In this document: in pieces, positions 50,101 through 60,558 of the stretch | How the letters are laid out: each line of letters begins with the position of its first letter | Numbering within the stretch: the stretch's first letter is position 1 | Origin: Macrostomum lignano | Lineage: Eukaryota | NCBI GenBank assembly: GCA_002269645.1 | Contig: NIVC01000517.1 | Location: 373,253 to 437,252 of the forward strand | Reading direction: 5' to 3' | Length of the DNA stretch: 64,000 bases | Program-made: the position numbers and the translations under genes | Notes under the pieces: generated by a model | Seen by the model: only the letters and a program-made list of their open reading frames with translations | Database searches by the model: none | Told to the model about the DNA's origin: nothing

Positions 50101-53100
50101 GAGAAATCGCCTTTAAAAATCCCAATTCCAAAATCCCAATGGGGAGAAATCTCATGTAAAAATCCCAAATCTAAAAACCCCAAAGAAACTATGGAATATA
50201 AAATGAATGTCAACTTAAACTCCGCAGGCGGATCCGGTGGCAGCGGTGGCGCTTCATCTCGCCGTCTGGAGCGCGCCCTGCACCAGCTGGAGGAGCTGTC
50301 CAATCAGCTGGCAAAGCCCGACCCGGAATTCTACCCGTTTAGGCGTAGATTATTTTTTGCTTGCAGCCTGCCGCCAGTCTGGCGACTTCAGCTGGATTTA
50401 GCTGACGCACTGGTAGCTGTTGGAGCCGTGAGCTCAGCCTTGGATATCTATCTGCGCTGGGATAGCTATTCTCAAATTATTGCCTGCTATCAGAAATTGG
50501 ACAAGCCCGCTTTAGCGGAGAAGATTATTAGAGATCGATTGGCTGAGTCTGAGACGCCCGAGCTGTACTGCGCGCTTGCCGAGGTTACAAGGTGAGAAGA
50601 GACGTTTTTTGAGAACGATATGACCGATGCAGGATCAAGGATAGTGTCCAGCGTCAAGAATCTGACATTAAAGTGTTCCCAATCTATTAGGTGCCATTTC
50701 CGATCTTTTAGGTTTCATTTCCGATCCATTATATTAGGATGCCGATTCTGATCTATTAGAGTTCCATTTCCGATCTATTAGGGTGCCATTTCCTATCTAT
50801 TAGGGTGCCATTTCCTATCTATTAGGGTGCCATTTCCGATCTTTTAGGGTGCCATTTCCGATCTATTAAGATGCCATTTTCGATTTATTAGATGCCATTT
50901 CAGTTCTATTAGATGTCTTCCGATTTATTAGGGTGCCATTTCCGATCTATAAGGGACAGGGTGTCAGTTCCGATATATTAGGTGCCATTTCCGATCCAGA
51001 GGTTCCATAGAGACATTGTTACTCACCCCCATGCCACTCCCACTGCCAGAGACTGGAACCACCTGCACACTGCCTGGCGCCTATCCAACGGTCGATGCGC
51101 TCGTGCCGCTCGTTCCCTAGGCTACGTTGCCATGGTAGCCGGGCAATACGCCGAAGCTATGCGCCAGTTCGAGCTGGCACTAGCCGCCAATCACCTGCAG
51201 CCGAAGGCCTGGTTCACCTACGGCTGCTGCTGTTTGCAAGCTGGCGAAATTGAAAAAGCCGAGCTTGCATTCCGCCGCTCCGCTCAACTGGAACCGGACA
51301 ACTACGAGGCCTGGACCAATTTGGGCACCGCTATGGTTCGTCGGGGCAATAAAATTGGCGCCTGTTCGGCGCTCCGCGAAGCGCTCAAATCTAATTGGGA
51401 ACAATGGCGCGTCTGGGATAATTATCTGGCTGTATGCGCCGATACTGGTCAGTTTAATGAGGCCATGCGAGCTTATCATCGATTATTGGAACTGCGGCCC
51501 AAATATTGGGATCCTCACTCTGCCGGGGTGCTCATTCGGGCAGCTTCTTCTGATGAGGAACTGATTGAGGATTCCGCTGCAAGGGAAGACCTGCGCAGGC
51601 GCCTGTTGACTCTGTTTGCTCGGGTGGCTGCGCAGTCCAGCGGCGATGCAGAGTTCTGGTGGCTGTACGCTAAGCTGCTGAGTCTGACTGAAGAGGGAGA
51701 GACAGGTGAGTGACTGGGGGTGACATGTTTTGACATGTGAGAGTCAGGTAGCTGATAGAGTGAGAGTCAGGTAGCTGATAGAGTGAGAGTCAGGTAGCTG
51801 ATAAAGTGAGATTCAGGTAGCTGATAGAGTAAGAGTCAGGTAGCTGATAAAGTGAGAGTCAGGTTGCTGATAGAGTGAGAGTCAGGTAGCTGATAAAGTG
51901 AGAGTCAGGTTGCTGATAGAGTGAGAGTCAGGTTGCTGATCGAGTGAGAGTCAGGTTGCTGATACAGTGAGAGTCAGGTTGCTGATAGAGTGAGAGTCAG
52001 GTTGCTGATAGAGTGAGAGTCAGGTTGCTGATCGAGTGAGAGTCAGGTTGCTGATAGAGTGAGAGTCAGGTTGCTGATACAGTGAGAGTCAGGTTGCTGA
52101 TACAGTGAGAGTCAGGTTGCTGATAGAGTAAGAGTCAGGTAGCTGATAAAGTGAGAGTCAGGTTGCTGATCGAGTGAGAGTCAGGTTGCTGATCGAGTGA
52201 GAGTCAGGTTGCTGATCGAGTGAGAGTCAGGTTGCTGATAGAGTGAGAGTCAGGTTGCTGATACAGTGAGAGTCAGGTTGCTGATAGAGTGAGAGTCAGG
52301 TAGCTAGTGAATGATATGTGAGCTGAGAGTCAGGTAGCTGATAGAGTGAAAGTCAGGTAGCTAGTGAATGAGATGTGAGGAGAGAGTTAGGTAGCGGATA
52401 GAGTGAGAGTCAGGTAGCTGATAGAGTGAGAGTCAGGTAGCTGATAGAGTGAGAGTCAGGTAGTAGAGTGAAAGTCAGGTAGCTGATAGAGTGAGAGTCA
52501 AGTAGCTAGTGAATGAGATGTGAGGTGAGAGTCAGGTAGCTAGTGAATGAGATGTGAGGTGAGAGTCAGGTAGCTAGTGAATGAGATGTGAGGTGAGAGT
52601 CAGGTAGCTAGTGAATGAGATGTGAGGTGAGAGTCAGGTAGCTAGTGAATGAGATGTGAGGTGAGAGTCAGGTAGCTAGTGAATGAGATGTGAGGTGAGA
52701 GTCAGGTAGCTAGTGAATGAGTGAAGTGAGAGTCAGGTAGCTAGTGAATGAGTGAGGTGAGAGTCAGGTAGCTAGTGGGTGAGATGTGAGAGTCAGGTTG
52801 ATCCACCCCATCATCATCAGGCAAGGCCAGTCTGAACGCGGAGTTAAAAGGCCGCATCCTGCAGACGCTGCAGAAGTGCCACCGCTGCGACACTCAACAG
52901 TCAGATTGGTTCAAGTCCTCAGCCGACAATCGAGACAGGGTGCTCAATAGGGCGGCCGATATTGCTCAGAGGTATTTGGATTTTGCCGAAGACTGCCCGC
53001 AGAGTCTGCTGTCGGCCAGGCTGATGCTTACCGGCCTGCTGGCTCGCCGGCTGGAAGATGGGCCGCCCATGCCGCCGCCTCCGGCTGAGCTGATGCAGCG

Positions 53101-53152
53101 TCTGCGAGAGCAACTGGAGTCGATCAATTCGCTGTTGAAGCCGGCGGTTTAA
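47126..53152 (+). CDS. TTC27: Tetratricopeptide repeat protein 27; exons 47126-47268, 48056-48411, 48995-49576, 50228-50591, 51050-51705, 52821-53152
   Basis: IQSNYLGP, LSGAAGVRTRFQQTSHAQL, RRLERALHQL, SARAARSLG-like TPRs, WTNLGT, WRVWDNY, CDTQ. 2433 nt in frame (~810 aa). Confidence 0.9.
47310..47965. repeat. 30-32-bp minisatellites (two CTGAAGGATC-core variants) in TTC27 intron 1
   Basis: Tandem copies; core related to the reverse complement of the TBCB intron 2 monomer. Confidence 0.93.
48480..48900. repeat. Degenerate GTTGCTAG/GTTGCTAAG repeat in TTC27 intron 2
   Basis: Many GTTGCTA motifs at irregular short spacing. Confidence 0.85.
49610..50185. repeat. 43-bp minisatellite (AAAAATCCCAATTCCAAAATTCCCATTGGGAGAAATCACCTTT) in TTC27 intron 3
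   Basis: About 13 copies. Confidence 0.94.
50690..50990. repeat. Degenerate 22-bp repeat (GGGTGCCATTTCCGATCTATTA) in TTC27 intron 4
   Basis: Same monomer as the array at 53.2-54.5 kb. Confidence 0.9.
51735..52800. repeat. 23-bp (GATAGAGTGAGAGTCAGGTAGCT) then 34-bp derivative minisatellite in TTC27 intron 5
   Basis: Tandem copies fill almost the whole intron. Confidence 0.96.
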
Positions 53153-53171
53153 GACTAAATATTGGCGGAGC

Positions 53172-54512
53172 CATTTCCAATCTATTAGGGTGCCATTTCC
53201 AATCTATTAGGGTGCCATTTCCAATCTATTAGGGTGCCATTTCCAATCTATTAGGGTGCCATTTCCAATCTATTAGGGTGCCATTTCCAATCTATTAGGG
53301 TGCCATTTCCAATCTATTAGGGTGCCATTTCCAATCTATTAGGGTGCCATTTCCAATCTATTAGGGTGCCATTTCCAATCTATTAGGGTGCCATTTCCAA
53401 TCTATTTGGGTGCCATTTCCAATCTATTTGGGTGCCATTTCCGATCTATTAGGGTGCCATTTCCAATCTATTAGGGTGCCATTTCCAATCTATTAGGGTG
53501 CCATTTCCAATCTATTAGGGTGCCATTTCCAATCTATTAGGGTGCCATTTCCAATCTATTAGGGTGCCATTTCCAATCTATTAGGGTGCCATTTCCAATC
53601 TATTAGGGTGCCATTTCCAATCTATTAGGGTGCCATTTCCAATCTATTAGGGTGCCATTTCCAATCTATTAGGGTGCCATTTCCAATCTATTAGGGTGCC
53701 ATTTCCAATCTATTAGGGTGCCATTTCCAATCTATTAGGGTGCCATTTCCAATCTATTAGGGTGCCATTTCCAATCTATTTGGGTGCCATTTCCGATCTA
53801 TTAGGGTGCCATTTCCAATCTATTAGGGTGCCATTTCCAATCTATTAGGGTGCCATTTCCAATCTATTAGGGTGCCATTTCCAATCTATTAGGGTGCCAT
53901 TTCCAATCTATTAGGGTGCCATTTCCAATCTATTAGGGTGCCATTTCCAATCTATTAGGGTGCCATTTCCAATCTATTAGGGTGCCATTTCCAATCTATT
54001 AGGGTGCCATTTCCAATCTATTAGGGTGCCATTTCCAATCTATTAGGGTGCCATTTCCAATCTATTAGGGTGCCATTTCCAATCTATTAGGGTGCCATTT
54101 CCAATCTATTAGGGTGCCATTTCCAATCTATTAGGGTGCCATTTCCAATCTATTAGGGTGCCATTTCCAATCTATTAGGGTGCCATTTCCAATCTATTTG
54201 GGTGCCATTTCCGATCTATTAGGGTGCCATTTCCAATCTATTAGGGTGCCATTTCCAATCTATTAGGGTGCCATTTCCAATCTATTAGGGTGCCATTTCC
54301 AATCTATTAGGGTGCCATTTCCAATCTATTAGGGTGCCATTTCCAATCTATTAGGGTGCCATTTCCAATCTATTAGGGTGCCATTTCCAATCTATTAGGG
54401 TGCCATTTCCAATCTATTAGGGTGCCATTTCCAATCTATTAGGGTGCCATTTCCAATCTATTAGGGTGCCATTTCCAATCTATTAGGGTGCCATTTCCGA
54501 TCTATTAGGGTG
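53172..54512. repeat. Highly homogeneous 22-bp minisatellite (GGGTGCCATTTCCAATCTATTA), about 60 copies
   Basis: Starts about 20 nt after the TTC27 stop codon. Confidence 0.98.
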
Positions 54513-55139
54513 CCATTTTAGAAACCTTATGTGCCATCTGAGGTGATAAAAAAATAATAATGCCCTTTTCTAAATCCGTATTAGACGAAATCCCTTAATT
54601 GCATTTTAAATGTGACGTGTCATCTTAAAATAAGAATGGCAATAAATATCTATTCGAAAAAACAGTGTCCCTCTTTCCAAAATGAGTGATTCTATTTAAA
54701 TTCGCATTTTTCTCCGATCATGCGCTACTTTGCAATGGCTGCTTAAGTTTGTCTATGTTTCTACTTTTAGTAGTTTACTATGAGCGCGTAGCTTACACTG
54801 TACCTTTGACTTTATTGCCTATTTTAAGACACTGAAACTGCCTTTAAAGTTAAATAGTTATAAACAAGATTTGGAGTGAAAATATTTTTTACAGAATTAC
54901 TCAGAATTGTATGTTTCTTTTGTTTTTAATTTTTGCTAAAAATGTTATGATTTAAACCGGGAATCAGTACTTGGTTTAGTCGATTAAATAGTATTTCACC
55001 TGTCCCATTGTGTCTGCTATATTTTATTAATAAAATATATATTACTAAGCCCTGAAATAATTCACCATTCCTTTATCTGGTTCACAATTAACTTAACACT
55101 GCTCATTGATTCGTTCAAATCGGTCAACTTTCACTGACA

Positions 55140-55520
55140 TAGTTCACCATTAGTTCACTGATTCACTTCCCTTCACAATTCACTCGTTTAATTTTCACCG
55201 ATTCACTCACTTTATTTTACCGATTCACACACTTAGTTCACCGATTCACACGCTTAGTTCACCGATTCACACACTTAGTTCACCGATTCACACACTTAGT
55301 TCACCGATTCACACGCTTAGTTCACCGATTCACACGCTTAGTTCACCGATTCACACGCTTCGTTCACCGATTCACACGCTTAGTTCACCGATTCACACGC
55401 TTCGTTCACCGATTCACTCACTTAGTTCACCGATTCACATACTTTGTTTAACGATTCACACACCTCGTTAGCTATTCACTCAGTTCACCAATTCACTCAT
55501 ATAGTTCACCAATTCACCCA
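55140..55520. repeat. 21-bp minisatellite (GTTCACCGATTCACACGCTTA)
   Basis: Ends just before an acceptor-like TTCCAG (55533-55538) upstream of RPS17. Confidence 0.93.
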
Positions 55521-55570
55521 CATGATTCACCATTCCAGCCGCTAAGTCCCCATCGTGAACAACCGTAGCC

Positions 55571-56602
55571 ATGGGTCGAGTCCGCACCAAAACTGTGAAG
55601 AAGGCCGCCCGGGTGATCATCGAGAAGTACTACACCAGGCTGGGCAACGATTTCCACATCAACAAGCGCGTCTGCGAAGAGGTCGCCATCATCCCGTCCA
55701 AGGCGTTGCGCAACAAAATTGCCGGCTTCCTCACCCACCTGATGAAGCGAATCCAGCGCGGCCCGGTGCGCGGCATCTCCATCCGTCTGCAGGAGGAGGA
55801 GCGCGAACGGCGGGACAACTACGTGCCCGAGGTGTCCGCTCTCGACGCCGAACAGCTGGAAGTTGATCCTGTCACCAGCCAGATGCTGCGGGCGATGGAG
55901 CTGAGCGTTGAGGTGCTCACTTATTTATGGCATTCACGCTGCCTGCATCTCGCTTTCCTGTGTCTGTTGGTGGCACTCAAGTCTCCCCCTCCCACCGTGT
56001 CACTGTCCACGTCTCGGAAATCCGGGGACTACTTCACCTCTTTCTGCTGTTCTCTTTGTGTCACCTCCCACTTTCCCTCTCTCACTCTCGCTTTCCTCTC
56101 CTCACATTCCTCTCCTCTGCCTCTCCTCTCACTCTCACTCTCCTCTCTCTCACTCTCCCTCTCCCTCTCCTCACCCCCCTCACTCCCTCTCCCTCTCCTC
56201 TCACTCTCCTTTCACTCTCCCTCTCACTCCCTCTTCCTCTCCTCTCACTCTCCATCTCACTCCCTCTCCTCTCACTCTCCCTCTCACTCCCTCTTCCTCT
56301 CCTCTCAATCTCCCTCTCACTCTCCCTCTCCTCTTCCTCTCTTCTCCCTCTCCTCTTTCTCTCCTCTCACTCCCCTCTTCCTCTCCTCTCACTTTCCCTC
56401 TCACTCCCTCTCCCTCTCTTATCCTTCTCTCTCCCTCTATCTTCTCACTCTCCGTCCCCCTCTCACTCTCCCTGTTCTCTCCTTCCCCTCTCCTGTTTTT
56501 TTCCCACTCATCCCACTGATCTAGGAACGTCACTCCTTTGCTCAATTTGGTAATTCATAGTCTAAAATACATTCAAATTTTCAGGTGACTGAAATCCAAT
56601 GA
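55571..56602 (+). CDS. RPS17: 40S ribosomal protein S17 (eS17); exon 55571-55912 plus probable short last exon 56585-56602
   Basis: [21 protein letters not shown]...[28 protein letters not shown]. The last exon is inferred from the TTTCAG acceptor; the donor GAG|GTGCTC is weak. Confidence 0.9.
56060..56520. repeat. CT-rich low-complexity tract in the RPS17 intron
   Basis: Directly visible. Confidence 0.93.
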
Positions 56603-56631
56603 GCATTAATTAGAAGACCGACTGTGCGACG

Positions 56632-56682
56632 GTTGCCATGGAAACGACTGTACGACGAGCGAGTCAGGAATGTTATATAAAG
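56632..56682 (+). promoter_or_regulatory. RFX X-box (GTTGCCATGGAAAC, 56632-56645) followed by TATATAAAG (56674-56682)
   Basis: Matches the GTTNCCATGGNAAC consensus; function not demonstrated. Confidence 0.45.
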
Positions 56683-57189
56683 AATTTGACGCTAATAACG
56701 TTATGTAACAATCTTAATTATATAGTTTGATTGGCTTGTTAGAGGAGTGCTTCTGTATCGGCTGATGGCTGTTAATGGAGCAAAATATCCTGAAATAGTT
56801 GAGGTTTTTGTTTTTTTCCTTTGTTTAATACATATGCACTAATCAGATGGCGAAGCATGCCCAAATGAAGTTGCAGCGATATTTACTCCCGCCGTTTACC
56901 CTGTCAGTCGCATGTAGCTACAAGAGTAGATCAGAGAGATCTGTCGAAACAGAAATGTAGCGTCTGTAAATATAGGTTAAACTATAGAAAATATATAATT
57001 TCTACGACTTTACTATCAGATGAGTATAGAACATTGAAGTCAGCTGTGCCGGGTGCCTTTTGATTTGCCTAGATAACATCCCCTCTCCTCACCCACAATT
57101 AAAACTTAGAAAATTAGTAGAATCAAAATGTATGGCGATCTGTCAAGACTTCGTCATCTGGAATTACCAAGGCCTACTAGTATATCTAT

Positions 57190-58005
57190 AAGTGTCCCTG
57201 GGGTAGCTACGTGTACCAAGGACGACTGGATAAAGTGTCCCTAGGGTAGCTACGTGTACTAAGGACAACTAGATAAATTCTTCCCGGGGGTAGCTATATG
57301 AACCAAGGTCAACTAGATAAAGTGTCCCTGGGGTAGCTACGTGTACCAAGGACAACTGGATAAAGTGTCCCTGGGGTAGCTACGTGTACCAAGGACAACT
57401 GGATAAAATGTCCCTAGTGTAGCTACGTGTACCAAGGACAACTAGATAAAGTGTCCCTGGGGTAGCTATATGTACCAAGGTCAACTAGATAAAGTGTCCC
57501 GGGGGTAGCTACGTGTACCAAGGTCAACTAGATAAAGTGTCCCTGGGGTAGCTACATGTACCAAGGTCAACTGGATAAAGTGTCCCTGGGGTAGCTACAT
57601 GTACCAAGGTCAACTGGATAAAGTGTCCCTGGGGTAGCTACATGTACAAGGACAACTAGATAAAGTGTCCCTGGGGTAGCTACGTGTACCAAGGTCAACT
57701 GGATAAAGGGTCCGTGGGGTAGCTACATGTACCAAGGTCAACTGGATAAAGTGTCCCGGGGGTAGCTATATGAACCAAGGACAACTAGATAAAGTGTCCC
57801 TAGGGTAGCTACATGTACCAAGGTCAACTATATAGTGTCCCTAGGGTAGCTTCGTGTACCAAGGTCAACTGGATAGTGTCCCTAGGGTAGCTACGTGTAC
57901 CCAAGGTCAACTGGATAAAGTGTCCCTGGGGTAGCTACATGTACCAAGGACAACTAGATAATTACTTCCCGGGGGTAGCTACATGTACATGTACCAAGGA
58001 AATGT
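57190..58005. repeat. 43-bp minisatellite (GTGTCCCTGGGGTAGCTACGTGTACCAAGGACAACTGGATAAA)
   Basis: About 19 copies, ending about 40 nt before the LTR. Confidence 0.96.
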
Positions 58006-58044
58006 ACACTGCGTGTCCATGTATTGCAGCCTAATTTTTACTAG

Positions 58045-58818
58045 TGTTGTGTAATGCAAAATCTCCGGGGGGCGGCTCGTGATCCTCGAGCAGCTACGGC
58101 CTCCTAAGACTAAATACCAGAGTACAAGTACCCCTTCAGGGTGGCGAGCCAGTGATGGCGTCCGACACTCCGACCGAGCTGCCGGTGTCGGGCGGTGCGT
58201 ACTATCGCTTCTCGTTCCTAGCCAGCAGCTCGTCCCTACGGCAGTACCCGATACAGTATGTCCCGTACCGAACAATGAACAACACAACGAGACTCAAGTT
58301 CTTACTGAGGAATGAACACGGCGGGAACGGCGGCGAAGGACTAGCCGGTAACGCGGATTCTCAGACGTTGCGTACCCGTAGGGGCGTCTCGGTTCTAATC
58401 GATATGGGCAGTGGAATCTCAGAGCTGAGTTGGGTTGGAAGGTAGCAGCCACAGTTGGTCCCTCACTGCCGCTACACCGCGCTAAATATATATTTGGGTT
58501 GGCCGGCTAGGCCGCGGGGAATCGCCCACCCGACCAGCCACACAACTAGCTTAGCACATTACAGCGAGAAAGCTGCTGATTGGCCGGTGCGTGAGAGAGG
58601 CGGCCCGTACCAATCAGCAGCTGCGCAAGAGACGGAAAAATTGGGGGGGGACGCGCTGAGAGGGGTGGCGCAGCCAGCCAAAGCCGGCTGGCTCAGACAG
58701 ACTGGGGTGGATGGTGCATACATGTAAACAACTGAGGAGGGAAAGTGCAGTGTCCCAGTGCGCCAATTAACTGCAAGCCTGAGATCGCTAGGCAGTGAAA
58801 GTACACTACGGCACAACA
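58045..58818 (-). repeat. 3' LTR (774 bp) with TGTTGTG...CACAACA termini
   Basis: 7-bp inverted termini. The - strand polypurine tract GGGAGGGGGAGGG (58831-58819) abuts the LTR start. TATA-like AAATATATATTT near 58490. Confidence 0.88.
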
Positions 58819-58967
58819 CCCTCCCCCTCCCAAAAGAGAAGGAAACAAAAATGGAAAAAAAATTACTATAAAGTACCATAGACGAACCATACAAAAGATT
58901 AATAGTGCAAGGACAGTGCAATGGCGAGACGAGCATTTGTAATTGCCTGCTGGCATTTTGCACACAG

Positions 58968-59540
58968 TTAAATATTATAAAATTCACGCGCAGCCGCAGC
59001 CAGTCGACCAGGTAGAGCCCCGTCGCTTCGCTCCTCAGCAAGCCAGGTCGCCGCCTTCCGGACATCAGTCGGCTTACCCGGGTTTCCCGCGAATGGTGCT
59101 GATGATGCAACTAGCAGCCGGTCGGACGGTATCTCTGCGACGCATCGGGCATGCCATCGGCTGTTGGAGACCCGGGCGGTGACTTCAAATTTCAGTCTTG
59201 GCAACGACGCTAGGTACAGGCTGAGGGTGTCTTTGGGCCAGTCGGAAGATTCGACAACTAGAATGCGACAGTTTGCAAAGTCCGACGACACTAGCAACCG
59301 TAAGAACTGGTGCCAGGCCGAGCCACCGGGTTCGACTGGGCTACGTCTACGCTCTCGCAAACGAACCAGGAGGGGTAGATCTTGTTTATTTGCTAGCCCA
59401 ACCTGTAGCTCCAGGGCTGCCATTTGTTGCTCCACACTGATTGCAGTATTCTGGACGTCCAACTCGGCTTCACCGACAGCCACTACCCTTGTCCATTCGC
59501 CCGCTATGAAACGCTGCAGGTCGGCAGCCAGCGTGGTCAT
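58968..59540 (-). CDS. Accessory ORF of the gypsy element, unknown function (~190 aa)
   Basis: Uninterrupted, non-repetitive ORF in element sense orientation just upstream of the PPT (MTTLAADLQRF...); no family recognised. Confidence 0.6.
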   Translation of the reverse strand: MTTLAADLQRFIAGEWTRVVAVGEAELDVQNTAISVEQQMAALELQVGLANKQDLPLLVRLRERRRSPVEPGGSAWHQFLRLLVSSDFANCRILVVESSDWPKDTLSLYLASLPRLKFEVTARVSNSRWHARCVAEIPSDRLLVASSAPFAGNPGKPTDVRKAATWLAEERSDGALPGRLAAAAREFYNI

Positions 59541-59663
59541 GAGCGGTGCCGCTGACGCCCTCAATCCGAGCGCAAAGTGGATCCGAGAGTCACATGAGCC
59601 GGGCAGTTGCGGGGTTTGACGGTCTCAAATAGAACGGTGAATTCACTACCGACACACAGGCTT

Positions 59664-60558
59664 CTACGCGACTACGCCGTCCAGGACAACTGGGGCAACT
59701 AGGGCATCTAGGTCTTCTTGAGGGCATTCTGGGTCGAGGAAATCCGCTTCATCGACGGCCTTCTCTGCCTGGTCTTTGGACTTCGAGTCCGGGGCCACTA
59801 GTACCGTTAGCTCTCGGAGTTTTGACAGGAGTGCCCCGCCGTTCAGCAGGCTCATTTTCTTGATGCATGTCATTACAAATCCGATTGATGCAGTCAGCGC
59901 TTCGTTCGACAGCACTCGAAGGCCCCGCCTAGATGACCCTGGGCGGCGCTTTCGAGGTGACACATCAGACGCTATGAAACTCAGCGCAACCCCTAGAGAA
60001 TCGGAGACCCATCGCCGAGATTCCAGGCCTGCCAAAAGGAACAGTTCTTCCAGTCCTGATATGCATTCCTGCGCCTGAGCGATCCGACCGATCCGCAGAT
60101 GCTGGGCCAGGTGATTCCGGAGGCTTCTGTATCTGACCTCAATCGACTCAGGGACTCTTGGTGGGCCTGATCGCGCGACCATTAAGACTCCACCCGCCGG
60201 CGCAATTGGGGTCGCATCAACGGCGGGAGGTTCGTCTTCATCGTCACTGATGACCACGATCCCCATGCTCTCGAGTCCGGCTCTTATTTCGTCCGGAAAA
60301 CTGACTCCGGGTGGCGGGCTGAAGAACTGCGCGTACGATAGCGTGTTGCTCAGGGCTGCTTAACCGAATTTGTCGTATAGCGCTTTATAAAACGGGTCGC
60401 TCAGGACTGAATACGTGAATACCACCCGTTGGTAGGCCCCTGTGCTTCGACGCCCACCTTGTCGGGGCGAAGTAGTAGTGAGCGCCGACGGAAGGCCACC
60501 TTTATATCTCTCGGTGAAGCTGATTGAGCTACGCCGAGCAGGTCGTACAGATCCGACA
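59664..60558 (-). pseudogene. J-domain (DnaJ-like) accessory ORF of the gypsy element, disrupted by one frameshift and one stop
   Basis: SDLYDLLGVAQSASPRDIKVAFRRRSLLLRPDK (frame 1), then GAYQRVVFTYSVLSDPFYKALYDKFG (frame shifted at ~60444). TAA at 60362-60360 is in frame with the 200-aa ORF 60266..59664. Confidence 0.82.

Noticed and set aside
55913-56553. 317-aa RPS17 ORF with long L/S tail
   Set aside because: The tail is CT-rich low-complexity intron sequence.
53172-58005. Regular repeats as possible CRISPR arrays
   Set aside because: Monomers are head-to-tail with no unique spacers, there are no cas genes, and the context is eukaryotic.
58968-60266. Accessory gypsy ORFs as env
   Set aside because: No signal peptide, furin-site/fusion-peptide pattern or transmembrane anchor visible.
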